From Seison nebaliae (lineage: Eukaryota), in assembly GCA_023231475.1 (NCBI GenBank), contig JALJEE010002038.1:1-48051 (forward strand): a stretch of 48,051 bases of DNA, in the 5' to 3' direction. Under the pieces are notes generated by a model. It was not told the DNA's origin, did no database searches, and saw nothing but the letters and a program-made list of their open reading frames with translations. The position numbers and the translations under genes were made by a program. Shown here piece after piece: positions 12,521 to 26,201 of the stretch. Every line of letters starts with the position of its first letter. Within the stretch, counting starts at the first letter, position 1.

Positions 12521-15500
12521 TTGACAGTTCGTTCCATAAAATTACCTTTTTGACTTGATTTAATTGAAGTATGTCGAATATAATACTATCGAGTAATGAG
12601 AAGGAGAGTTCGTATGCTTAATGGATAGTTTTCCTTTGCACTTTATGCTGTTGAATAGTTACGTAAGTAGAGATTTATGTTGGGCATTTCCGTCTTGCTT
12701 CTATTCGATTATGTCGAAATTTTGTTGAAAAACATAATTTCAAATTTCCTTTGCCTTTCTTTTACTCCAATTTATCATTTATTGTTTCGTCTACTCATAA
12801 TTATCATTCGGATTTCTAACCAAATAATTTTCTTTTTTTTTTGATTGACGATTATTAGAGAGTGTTAACAGAAAAGTTATTTAACAAATACTTCACTTTT
12901 TGATTTTTACTCCAATTCTTTTTCGAATCGCAACGGTTATTGCTTGTTCATTTAGAAAATATGCGCCTGCTGATAGAGGATTTAGGAAAGTGGTTTATCG
13001 ATGAGGAAATGCACATAATTATGACAGGAAGAATAATACCGAAAAGCAAATGAAAATACCATAATTTTAACTGATTCCTTTTACATTACCATTGCCGATT
13101 TATGAATTCGTTCTATAGTTTTTTTCGTAAAAATTTTAATGAATATTATTATCCACGTACCACATATTCTCATATGCTGATAATGAGAAGCTTGTACAAC
13201 AGATTAGCAAATTGTGCGTATAATTTGCGGGTGTGGAAAGTCAAATAATTATCTGCATAAATTGATTCTTAATAAGAAAGAATAAATGTAAATTATCCAA
13301 TAGATTATTGACTGTCGAATAACGGAATGCAAATAAGAAATTCATCGATGAGAAAGGGGAAAGAATATTCAATTATTCAATTTAATATGCATCAATTCTT
13401 ATATCAATATTATGCAGAGTAATTTTAAAGTCATTCTTGTATATCCTCCTCCGAGACATTCAATGACGAAAGATTAAATTTATTTTAATTATGGAATAAG
13501 AATATCATTTTCATTTACTGAAATTATCTCCAACATCTTCAACATTTGACTAATAAATATTGTAAATTGCTCTAACGAAAATAAAATTGTTGAATTATCA
13601 GAAAAAATTTAATTTTTTTTTATAGTTTGTATATTATAAAAGTAAATATTAGTTCGACGATAATTGCAAATATCGTAATTTATGATGGAACGGCAATTAA
13701 TCATCAAACTGTCTGACAATGTGAGTCTGAGTATTTAATAGATCTTCATTGCACGTGTAATTCAATCGTATTAGCCTGTTTATTTTTTGTTAAACTTTAA
13801 ATTCTGTGAATAGTTCCTCATTATTTTGAACAGGTCTCGATCAATTAGCGGACATTGTATATATTCAAGTGACATTATATAATAATTAGTAGGATGAACC
13901 ACCTCGAAAATGAGAATTAAATGGTTATTGTGATATTTAAATTATGTTGAAGAGTTTATTGAATGAGACGTCTTAATAGAGGAAGAGATATTTCAAGTTC
14001 TTAAGTTTCAGAAAATTTCCTTGAAAATACGAAAAATAAACATTATGTAATAAATTGGATTGAAGGATTTCCTTTTTTATGTATTGGTAATTAAAAGGAG
14101 AATTCGAAATATGATAACAAAAAGAATTATTCATATGAAGAAAGTAATAAAGGAATCTCTCGAATTTGGACTTCATAAATTTTCACCAACGTATTATACG
14201 TGAGCGATTTCAATTCACTCACTCATTCTCTTTCATTCACTACATTCATCTCAACAATGATGAAGACGAATGAATGAAAGAAAATTAAGAGATTGACTTA
14301 CATTCTTCCGGTTTCTACTTCGAACCATATTCCTTTCTCGCATGTACACGTTTGACGACTGAATGTTGAGAAATGAAAACCTGAAGAGGAAATAACATCT
14401 GAGTCTCATCAACAACAATATCCCCAATTTCCACGTTACATACTTTTACATATGACAGAAGAAATATTTCATTCTTTAAATATTATTTGAATGAATCAAA
14501 TAAATATTTACCAAATCTTCCCACCAATTCGTTTTAGCCGTATAACGGTCTAACTAATCGTCTTACTTCCCAATTTTCTACTCCTACGTTGACTAGTCGG
14601 GAACATTGACTTTATGTAATGGTGGCTTTCTTCTCAGTTTTCCTGCTAGAACAATATTTATAAGTCATATTCAATGAACCCCAACTACAGTTCCATTGTT
14701 TATTCTATGGTTATTTTTCAATGAGTTATTGGCTATAAAGTCACAATTGCCGTGCATTGTTTTCATTATTAAAATTGGAAGTTTCCTTTAAAATCTTTCA
14801 GTTACTCCACATCTCCAATGTAATGAGAAATGTTATGAAAGAATGATTGGAAAAAACAAAGTTCATTCTGTTCTGAATAACATCATCAAATGATTATCAT
14901 TCTAAAATTTGACAAGTAGCACGCATAATCATTAAAATTGTTCTTTTGTTATCAAGAAAAGAGTTTGTCAAAGAGCTAATGAGAAGAAAAACAACAAAAG
15001 AACTAAAGAATTGTGATTATAAAAGTTGAATTGTTATTCAGTTGGTCAGAGAATTATGTAACATATTTATCATATTTTTGACATGTTAATTTTATTTCTT
15101 TAAATTACTAAATATTCCACTGGTGAAAGAACATGAGGAAACGACAAGATTATCATCAAACAATTTTCAAGCTAAATTTGCTTTCCTCAAAGTTCTTCTT
15201 ATAAGACTTATGGGTGAAATCCATTAAATATTGAGCTTATTAAATGTCCGGTGTCCAAGTTGGAACCAACTTGTCTCTAGTTCTCTTATATTCATTACTT
15301 TGTAGTAAAAGTTGGAAATGAAGTGACAACTGTGAAGAGAACTATTCCATGATAGAGTAACGCAACTCCATTTAATTCAATTGAATGCTATGTGGCAAAT
15401 GAGTAAAGAGAAAAAATTTTATCAAGTTTCAACTTCTCAAATCGACGTAGGTAAACGAGGAGGGACGACCAGATTAACGTAAAAGAGAAAACTTTAGAGA

Positions 15501-17012
15501 GAAAAAGAGAGTTTTGGTACCGAAAAAAATGTATTTAATAAATAAGTTTAAGGAGATGAAACGGTTGACAATCCACCATTTTTGTATCCTTTAACCTCTT
15601 CCACCTTCCCTCCCACCGCAAAACTTTTCGTCCTGTGGATAACGAAATAACAATAGTGATCGCTCGAAGGAATTTTATTTCTACATGGAAATTATAAAAA
15701 ATATTACAATTGGTCATCATCTTGTCTTCGACGATTACTAATCAACGTTCATATCAATTAACTGAAGTAGAATTATATTGTGTTTGAGAATGTTTTGTTT
15801 ATATTCCATTCATTTGTTCGATCTCTTCTTGCTACCACTCTCACAAATGTAGCTCGCTAGATGTGTGTGTAATAAATAAATAAATAAATTTAATAAAACT
15901 TCTCCAATAGATGGAGGTCGATGTAGTTCGGAAAGAAATGAACGGATGAATTAAAATAATTTTTATTTGTAGGAAAAATAATAATTATTAATTATAAATG
16001 GAATTGAACGATATTTTGTTTATGTTCTATTCGATTCATAAGAAATTCTTTTCATCTATTTCATTTTATCAGATGGAAATCGACATTTATATTGCCGATT
16101 ATTTCCTTCTATTTAATTTCGACATAAATGTATTCCTCCTATATATGAGCTACACGATTTTTATGGGAAAATATTAATTAAATGAATTTTCTTCCATTTC
16201 GAAAATAGTGGAATGAAGATAAATTTAATTTTCGAAGTAAATTTTTTTTGAGAAATTTACAATTGTACCAGGAGAGACATTTGTACCTTTAAAACGTAGG
16301 AGAATGGATAAATGATTAATAAAATCAATGTTTCTAATACTTTGCATTGGATGATAGATGTAATGAGTCGTTAAATGTAAATAAATTGTTTGATAATAAT
16401 GTAACCGGGACGACATACACATAAATGATTTGACTTCTGTCACATATTCGAAAATGGAGAATAGTTAATTCTTTCCTTGCCAATACGGGAAATGTAGTTA
16501 TAATGAAATGAAATATTCTCATTTTATGTCTTTCTTGCCTCTATGTAAAGTGTTTAGATCGTGCTATTATCACAAATGACAAAGTTAATTAAGGAAATTT
16601 AGTTTCGAAATTGAATCGATTCCTGCCGAATTAATGTAATCGAATTATTGTCAATCTGATTACATAAAGAGTCGATGGTAATTAGAACGATGAAAATAAG
16701 CTTCTTTTTCTAACAATCTCTTCTAAGTTTATTCTATTAAATCTCCATCAAGTACGATGCTAATTCAGTCAACTATGGTTTCCATTTTTTTCTCCACCTT
16801 AATCATCAACAGGATATATGCGCACTACATCGAACTTATTCATACTGAATCATCAATCGTTGCATTGACTATTCTATTGGAAATCAAATGTATCGTGCTA
16901 CTTTTTCTCTAAAGTTCTCTAAAGTAAACGAAATTGTATTGAACAGTTGAACAAGAAACTTTCTTTTCCTTTCAAAGAAATCGACCAATTCTTCCTTTTT
17001 TGGGGGTTTTGT

Positions 17013-17471
17013 TTAGTAAACATTACCACTAACAACAACGAGAGCAACATCATCAACAAAGTCGATAATAATACAAACAATAATTGTAATGAAGTTTCTG
17101 CATTCGGAGCGATATATCCATTTTTTTGTTCGATAAAACTTAATCGGAGAATAATGAACATTTTCAATTCATCCAACAAATGTTGCGAACGTTTTCCAGT
17201 TGAAAAGTATGATTATTTTTCTCATTAATAATTTGCCTGCTGACACTCGAAACTTTTTTCTCCGATTGGTCTACCAGAGTGATGGTACAACCGTTAATCA
17301 CAATACGTATCGTGTTATTGGCGATATGGTTTATTGGGTACACATCGATCTAATAAATAATAGAAGACGAATGAGTTTTGTTCAAAATGATAAACAATTA
17401 ACCATAGAATAATTCCATTTAACTAGAATCGCCAGATTGATAGACAGATAGAAGAATAAAAATTTGTTCAT
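17013..17471 (-). CDS. Candidate small secreted protein (~117 aa, 3 exons) nested antisense in the inferred ASPP long intron
   Basis: Exons 17471..17403, 17349..17191, 17138..17013; introns 17350..17402 (GTTAAT..TTAG, 53 nt) and 17139..17190 (GTTCGC..TAAG, 52 nt). Signal-like N-terminus MNKFLFFYLSINLAILVKWNYS. The 3' end is uncertain. Confidence 0.55.
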
Positions 17472-18345
17472 CTTTATGTTTCGTGTAAGTGAAAAGTTGT
17501 GTTTGATTAGAAGATGTCAGAAATGTTATATCATTTCCTTCGATAGTTCATTTATCTTCATCTTCTCCTTTTTCACTCGTTAAATTGAAGTTTACTATCG
17601 ATTATTTGAAATGGTTTTAATCTATCGCCTGTCGGATATTTACTATCCTTCTCATCATTAACTTCCTGTGAGTTGGTATAATTTTAATTTAAGACATTTA
17701 TGTTTGGAAATGTTGTTTTAGAAAAGAAATTTTTAAATTCTGTATCAGAACTGGTGAATTTAATGAAAAGTTAATGAATGAATAATATAGTTGAGTTAAT
17801 CATTAGTAATGTTTCGAAGTGATCGTTTTGTACTGAAGAATTTTTAAATTATTAAAGTTGATTAATGAATAAATAATCAAATATCATTAAACTACTTCTA
17901 CTGCTTCGTCATTATTATCATCTTCTCACTTATCGTTAAGTTGTTCTTCTTTCTTTATTTACTTTTCATTTCCACACCGATTTCCGTCCATCATAACGAA
18001 TTTGTTGTCATCGAATCTAGTTCAACTGATATTGATCTTGTTTCTTATTTCTATACAGTTCTTCTTCATTTCTTTTTCTTCTGCGACTAATGCTTATACT
18101 ATTCTCTATACTGTACAATTCCACTCTGAAGAAAAGAGTAAGATACGACGTTTAAAATGAATGGAAAAGTAATTTTGTGATTTATTTTATCTGATCATGA
18201 TGATCTTGATAACCTTCAGCTTCTATCAATATTTTGTTAATAAATCAAAAAAATCGATATGGAAATAAAATTTTAATTGTAAAGAGAATTTTAATTAAGG
18301 AAATTTTAATTAAGTCTAATTAATTTTAATTTTATCCATTTGAAG

Positions 18346-21300
18346 AAGCCTACGTCCAATAATGAGTTAGTGTCTCCGTTAATAAGATCGGAGCATAATC
18401 TGAGCGATGATACATTATATGATAATCGCTTAACTGAGAAAACGATCAATATTAATGAAAGCGATTCATTAAAACGAAGAAAAAATAGAAGAAAGAAAGA
18501 AAAGAGTTTAAACAATTCGAAACAATCGATAAGTAATCCATTCAAACGATCGTCCTCAAACGACAATCGATTTTCCCACCAAAAGCACCGAGATCATCAG
18601 AAAACCATCAACCATCGAAAAAGCAGTTGCTTCTTATCAGAAGATTCGCTTATTCATTTCCCGGATAATATTTTGGAAGAAACCAAATTAGAATCGAGTG
18701 GATCAAATCAAAACTTTTCATTAAAAACTGCATTTTTCTTTCAACCGAATTTCTGGAGGAATTCTAATCAGTTGACAGGAAAACGAACTAAATCGAAACG
18801 ATCTGAGAAATTGTTGCCCGATGATCAAGATCATCATTCCATAAAGAATTTAGAAGATAATTCAGCCGATTTTCTTTATGATAATAATGAGAATAACAGT
18901 ATCGATAATTCTATTGAAACTACAACAAATTCATTAAGTTCTTCATCGAAACGTTTATTAACTGGAACGACTGCTGCATTTCTCACGTCGTTAAGACGTT
19001 TAGATGATCAGTGGAAGAATAAGGATAATAATCGTCAACGATCTCATCCTCATCAACGGTTATCAAGTGCAACTGCCATAACTGATTTGACATCGATCAG
19101 TTCAACTGTTAAAGCCAAAAGTTTTTCACCTATTTCTCATAAGATTGACGCCATCCATAATTTACCGACCACACCGACGTCGAACGTTATTGGAAAATCG
19201 AATCAATTATCAACAATTAGTAAACGGTCAATTCAAAAGAAATTTGGAAATAATCGAAATAATAAGGAACAATTGAGAAAAGGATATACGAAAAAAGATT
19301 TATCAGAAATTTATTCGAAACTCTCTTCAGTTAATATCATTGCAACAACCGGTAGTGATTCGTCGTTTATTGAAGGTTATGCCCCAGTTATTCATGAGAA
19401 AAAATATTGTTTAAATCAGACCGATAATAATGTTGAAACGAAGATAACTCGATTCTCGAATATGACATGTCGAAATTATTATAACGATTATCATGAAACT
19501 GAGCCATATCTTGCAGCGAACAATAAAACTATTTCAACGATCGATGGTCGAATGATGAATAGTATTTACGAAAATCATTATTCGTCATTAGCCAATGCAT
19601 CGACTATAACAACGACAGCGATTAATGGTTCGATTATGAATAATAATCAAAGAATTAACCGGAAGAATTTGTACGCGACATCGAATCATAAAAATTATCG
19701 ATATGGAAATGAAAAGAATCATTCAGATATCAGACAACAACATGAGGTCTACAATGAATCGAGTGATGTTTTGGATGAGTTAGATGGAATGTCGAAGGAA
19801 GAGATGGAACTTCGACAATTTGCTCATGATCAAGTCCGGTCGATCGATAAGAATCAGAAGGAGATCGAATTGAAAGAAAAAAAATTACGAGAAATTATTA
19901 TGAGTCGAACATTGACACATAACGAACAACAGAAAGAAGAAACGGAAATGGAATTGAGCAATTTGAAAAATATTCTCCAAAATAAAGAGACTGAGCTCAA
20001 ATACGCTGTCGATTATATTAAACAGTTGAAGGATGATGTGGAACGATTGAGACGCTCTCAGAAACAACAAGCAAATCAGATGGAATCGTCATCAGCTTAT
20101 GATAATTATTATTTGAACGTGAATGATTATGAGGTGAATGGTAAACGTCAGACGAAAGAGATGAATGGAAATAATTGGAAAAATAGTAAGAATAATTATG
20201 AGAATGGTGATCAACCAAATGGAATTTTTGATGATGGAATTGATGAGAATAATAAGACGTTACCAACATTTATTAATGATGAGTTTGTGAATGAAATAGG
20301 AAATGGATATTTATCATTGAAATCAGCTTCGAAGAATCAACGAATAGATTTGAATTTTCTACTTCAGGAATTACAATATTTGGATGATAAACGATTTGGT
20401 AATAATAGTGAAAGGATTTCCATCAAACAACAAAATCGATTGAATGTTTTAATGAATGAAATCGATGCACTAAAGGATCAGCAAAATATACAGAATTGTT
20501 TGAAGAAGAACACACAAGGTCACCTCCAATTCCAATCGCAACAACAAACACAGAAGAGACCGGTAAGAAATATTCCGATTGATTCAAACATGAGTATTGG
20601 GCACTCATCGAAACGATCCCATTTCTCACCAACGCTCAATGTAATCAATTCGCCAACATCATCAATCAATTCCTCTTCTAATTCATCCAATCGACAGAAT
20701 CATTCGATTGATAATGAACCGAACCTTCTCATCAACACATCGAAATTAAATGGAAATCATTTAAACTCTTCTTCCTCACTACAGCAACAATTAAAACAAC
20801 AGAATTTAACTAATAAATCACGAACGATAAATAATCATATGATGAATAAGAACAATTTGAATGGAAGGGAAGATCAAGGTCCCAGACAAAAATCTCTGCC
20901 AAATGGAAATAATAAGAGTACGGTGAAACGAATGGCAATTCAAGACATATTACATAATGGAGTAAATTATCGTTCGCTCAACAGATATTTCCATTCAGAT
21001 ATTAATGATGATGTTCAACGATTGTCAGGTCATGAAAGGAATTTGAGAGATCAACATTCAAATCAATCACCAACAAATAACCGATTTCCATCACGACAAA
21101 TGGATCAGACAGATAATTTATATTGTCCAAATGCGAATGTCATTCGAAGGAATAATATGAATAATCTAAATAATGAGATGAAATCGAATAATATTAATCA
21201 TCATCAATTGACGAATATGCCAAATGGGAATTGTGATGAGAGAGTTGTTAATGAGAAAGAATTGAGATCGATCTCTTCCGATCCTAATGACAAAAGAAAT

Positions 21301-24300
21301 TTTGTGAAGAAATTACAAAGAAATAAGATATTCATTGATAATCAATATAATGACGATATTGATAATGTGATACATCGAGATCACAATTCCAGTCGAACCA
21401 GTAGTACAAGTAGTCATCAATCGAATTCATTAACAGGAAATCGATTTGGTCGTTCGACGAAAACTAATAATTCAACATCTAATCAATTACAAGCACAAAA
21501 GAATAATATCAATCATCGATTTGCATCGAAGGCTGTTATCGCCAATACTTATATGACGAAATTGGGACCGATGACATTTAATAAAAATTCACAATCCAAC
21601 CAACAACAACAACAACAACATAATTCATCCCTTCCACCAAATCAATATCTTTCTAATCGTCAACAAATGCCCCAACAACAACAACAACAACAACAACAGC
21701 AGCAGAAATTTAATTATAAATCTTCTTCACATAATGAAATGTCGAGGTATGTGAATCGATCAGAAGCGAATCATCAACAACCGAATCATTCCCATCAATA
21801 TCATGAAGAAGAGAAACATATTGATAATCAACACGATACTGGTCGTCTATCATTCCGTCACTATAATCCGAAAGCCATAAAAAAACGTCATTCGATTTCG
21901 GAGAATAATCATGGAACAAATTTGTTGGGGGTGGGTGGAGGAATTGCGACAAATATGAAAGAATTTGATAAGAATAAATATCGAATTTCATCGTCTAATA
22001 CGATATCGAATGAGAAGTATCCTCAAACTGAGAAGGAACATGGAGAAAGGGTTAAATCGACGTCATCTAATATTACAGCATTCTATGTTGCTTCAACCAA
22101 TTTGCCTTGGACGAACTCGTCCGATAGTAATGTGTGGAATCAACATAATAATAAATTATCTCCTTCGATGAATGTAGATAAACATCGAACTCCATCGACA
22201 ATCCATCGGTTCTCTGATAGAAATCTGGAACACCATACGACGAATATGGATAAAAGGAAAAAATTCTTCAATAATGACGATCTCCTTCAACAGGCTGAAC
22301 AGATTAACAATTTAGGAAAAATTAGTAATAATTCACCTAATCATCAAAAGCAACATTATTCTACAATGAAAAATGATAGAATTATTAATAATAATAATAA
22401 TAATAATCGGAAACCATCGCCAATGACAAGTCCCAGAAGAGAAGGTAATAATCAGATAGAAGTTAATACAGATAATTTTTGTGGGAGATTAGATAACGTA
22501 AAATCAGTTGGTACATCACCGATTCCCTTGATAATTCTCAATCGATATAAATGTGGAAGTCAACAATCAGATAAATTAGACAATCGTAATAACCAAACTG
22601 AATTGATGTCAAGAGAAAATAATGTTTTCATTTCGTCAATCGATAATCAGAATAATGATGCACAGTTATCTTCCAGAGTGTCATCACCATTATCAGCAAC
22701 AGCGAATTCAATGTCATTAGGAATATCAACAACCAGTACGATGAAAGATAATGAAAGTAAGTCAAATAATTATTTGAATATTGTTGGGAATCAATCATCG
22801 AAATTATTCCCATCTCCAGCATCCACTACGTCATCAGTCTTATCTTCTCCCATGCTCATAAACAAATCATCGTCATCGCCAAAGAAAGAGAAGGAGAAGA
22901 AAGGAAGAGTTGATCTAGTAAACAATTCATGTCTCGATTCTTGTGTAAACACTTCAACTGATCATCAATTGGAGGAAGCAGTGAAGAGTAGTATCAGGTA
23001 TACGTCATCCTTCTATTCAGCTGGAGATACACATAACATAATTTATTCTCACATTAATCCATATTGTGCAGTTGTCACTAATTCAAACGTATCTGATATC
23101 AGATCAACAACTCCCGCCACAACATCCTTCTCATTAACAACTGTTGGAGGGTCTTCATCTACATCTACATCAACATCTACAATGGCAACAACACTCCATC
23201 CTTCTTCTCAATATCAAAATTCCACAACGAATTTATTTGATGATAAGAAATTCCTTCAAGATCCTTCACAATTTCCATCACGTTTCAATTCGAAATCAAT
23301 CAACTCATCTCTTTCACCCAAATCGTCATCATCAACAGCGTCTTCTGTCACTTCATTCCTGTCAGATCAGACTAAGGTTAATGAAGGGACTACATCAACA
23401 AATCCAACAAATTCTATTGGAGGAACAAGTTCTCCAAAAACGAATTGTGAAGAGAAAAATAATACGAGTTACAACAACAATAAAATTAATAACGCAACTT
23501 ACCATATCTCTTTGGAAACAACGACAACAACGACAAGTACAACAACTCAAATGAAATCGAATAATAAGAAAACTTCACCTAAAACATCCAGAATGGATAG
23601 TGCACCCATTTTGAAAGTGCAGACACACACAACACTTAAGAGTACATCAGCCAGAAATATTTGCGGAAGTATTATAAAAGATTTGGATGCATTAGATTTA
23701 TCGGAAATTAATGGATCTATAAGCAATAATAATGATGATCGACCGAACGATATGGCAAACATATTACAGACGATGTCGACCGATGTAATGATGTTTGATG
23801 AGCAACCAACTACAATAAATAAATCAGATCTAGCGAAAGATGGAAATACTTTGGGTAAGATTCCTCCTATAACTAAAATTGATGATGGCAAACGAACGTT
23901 GAATGGTTCAACGAAAGTTTTGGAAGGCAAATCCGATGAATTATTAAAGGAAATTCCCAAACCATCATCGTCGACAACAGAAGAGCAAACAGATGGAAAA
24001 ATTGATAATGTTCCATTTCCTCCACCTTCTTCCATCCTCCGTAAGCGTTCGAAATATGCAACGCAGAAGGAGGTGGAAGAGGAGGAGGCGAATAAAAGTT
24101 CAGAGAATTATTCGACAACAAATACGATTGGAACAAACTCAACAAACACATTGACATCCAAAAGTAAGAAGTTGAAAGCATCACTTTTCCTGCTTCGATC
24201 GAATAAGGGAATAGAAGATGTAACAATGTCCAATCGGAAGATTGCTTCAGAAGATGATGATCTCATCAATCGTAACAATATTCCACATTATGATGATTAT

Positions 24301-25518
24301 CGTATTCAGAAGAAGAATGCTACAATTGATCCGCATGCTCTCTTATTAGATGGTGCTGTAGAAGGTGAATTAACAACTGTTGTTGATAATTGTATAATTA
24401 TAGGATCTGTAGAAGCATCGAAACCAAATGATGAAGGTTCATTTTTTATCGTTTTCTTATTTTAATTATTCATTTTCTTTTATCTAATTAAGGTATTACT
24501 GCGTTACATAATGCGGTTTGTGCTGGACATGATAATATTATTCGATGGTTGATATTTGAAGCTGGAGTAGATGTGAATGTATGTGATGTAGATGGATGGA
24601 CGCCTCTACATTGTGCTGCATCGTGCAATGCAACTGATTTGGCAGGAATGTTAATTGAATCTGGTGCATGCTTATGGTCACGTACTTCAATCGACGATGA
24701 GATGCCAATCCATAAATGTGAATTGAAAGAAATGGAATATGATAAATGTTATAAATATTTGAGAGGTTTATTTTCCATTCCTTCTTTATCTCTAAAGTTT
24801 ATTAATGTTATTTTGTAGAAATGCAAACACGAATTGGTCGAATGAATAATCGAAAAGTTTATGCGATTTTCGATCATCAATCCAATGAGAACGACGAACT
24901 TAATGTTCACATTAATGACGAACTTACCGTTCTCTCTTATGGAGATGAAGAACATTTGGAGACATTAGAATCGGATGAAACTCTACTTTTGAATGATGCC
25001 AAATGGTGGAAAGTGAAGATTACCAATTCCTATGAAGATAGTCGAAATGGTCAAATTGGATTAGTTCCTCTCAACATTCTTGCCGTTAAACATTTCTCTC
25101 TTTATTCTACTCTTCACTTTATTTACTTTAAACATGAAAATTTTAGTTATATCCAAGAATTATGCCACAAACATTATCAGATAATCATCGAAAAGCATTT
25201 TTTATCAACACCAACGGAAGAGATTTACGTCCACATTTATCCTCCACGAACATCGACGACATTTCAATGAATAAGAAAGAGAACTGGTTATCATCACCAT
25301 CAGAAAATGACGAGAATACGAGTAATGCACCGTATATTCCATCGGGAGACCGCTTGATCAATACAACAACAACAACACCAACAACAATAACGAATAATAC
25401 ATCTTTAAAGAAAACAGGAAATGTTGACATTTCAATGAAAATGGAAAATAACAATAGTACGAGTAATGAATCAATAAGATTTGATCGATCTCCATACAGT
25501 CAGGAATGCAACGCTTAA
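18346..25518 (+). CDS. ASPP: ASPP family (apoptosis-stimulating protein of p53 / PPP1R13) ankyrin-SH3 protein, >2300 aa, 5' end upstream
   Basis: Exons 18346..24436, 24493..24765, 24819..25084, 25147..25518; introns 24437..24492, 24766..24818, 25085..25146. Splicing restores DPHALLLDGAVEGE..PNDEG|ITALHNAVCAGH..DGWTPLHCAASCN, then an SH3 domain ending GLVPLNILA|LYPRI. There is an N-proximal coiled coil and a long N/S/Q low-complexity middle. Confidence 0.93.
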
Positions 25519-26201
25519 TTAAATTCTAATTATTCGTTCTTCTCCTTCAATACAGTGACTATATATACGACGTTAATACGATCGTTGTACAAACATATTT
25601 CTAAGCGAGTGAGCACAACAAATGATTAATCATTCTGTTTTTCCTTCCTTTCTCTTTCGTAACGAAGTTTAAATATTTATTAACATTTCTTCCATTATCC
25701 CAATGGTCGGACATTCTATCTTTTTATTCTTATTATACGTCTCAACTCCATGAACTAGTGCTGTCCATGATCAGGATATCTAACAGACAACTTAACCAAT
25801 TTCTATATCGTTTCAAATCCATTTAGAGAACAGTTCCAAAGAACTTTCTTTTGATTGATTACCAATTATAGAATTCATATCAATTCAACTTTTCAACTAA
25901 TCTTTTGATGAGTACAACATTATTTTTATATATTTATTCAATCTACTTTTTCATGTTCTTATATTTCCTTATTTCATATCTTTCTCTAATGTACAATACA
26001 AGAATTAATGTTATTTCTCTAAATCAAATTAATATTTATTGATCATCGAAAATATATAAAATATAATATCTTTTCTCATTTCAATTACAGTTAAGTTCGT
26101 CTTTTTATTTCTAGCAATTAACATCATTTACGCGTTGTGAGAAGAAGAAATTCTTCGGTAACACTTACAAATTTTAAAATCAATATTTTAACGACTCTCA
26201 A

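Noticed and set aside
19885..24226. Many short antisense and alternate-frame ORFs over ASPP (likewise over TRF2 and 27981..28600)
   Set aside because: Shadows of low-complexity or repetitive coding sequence.
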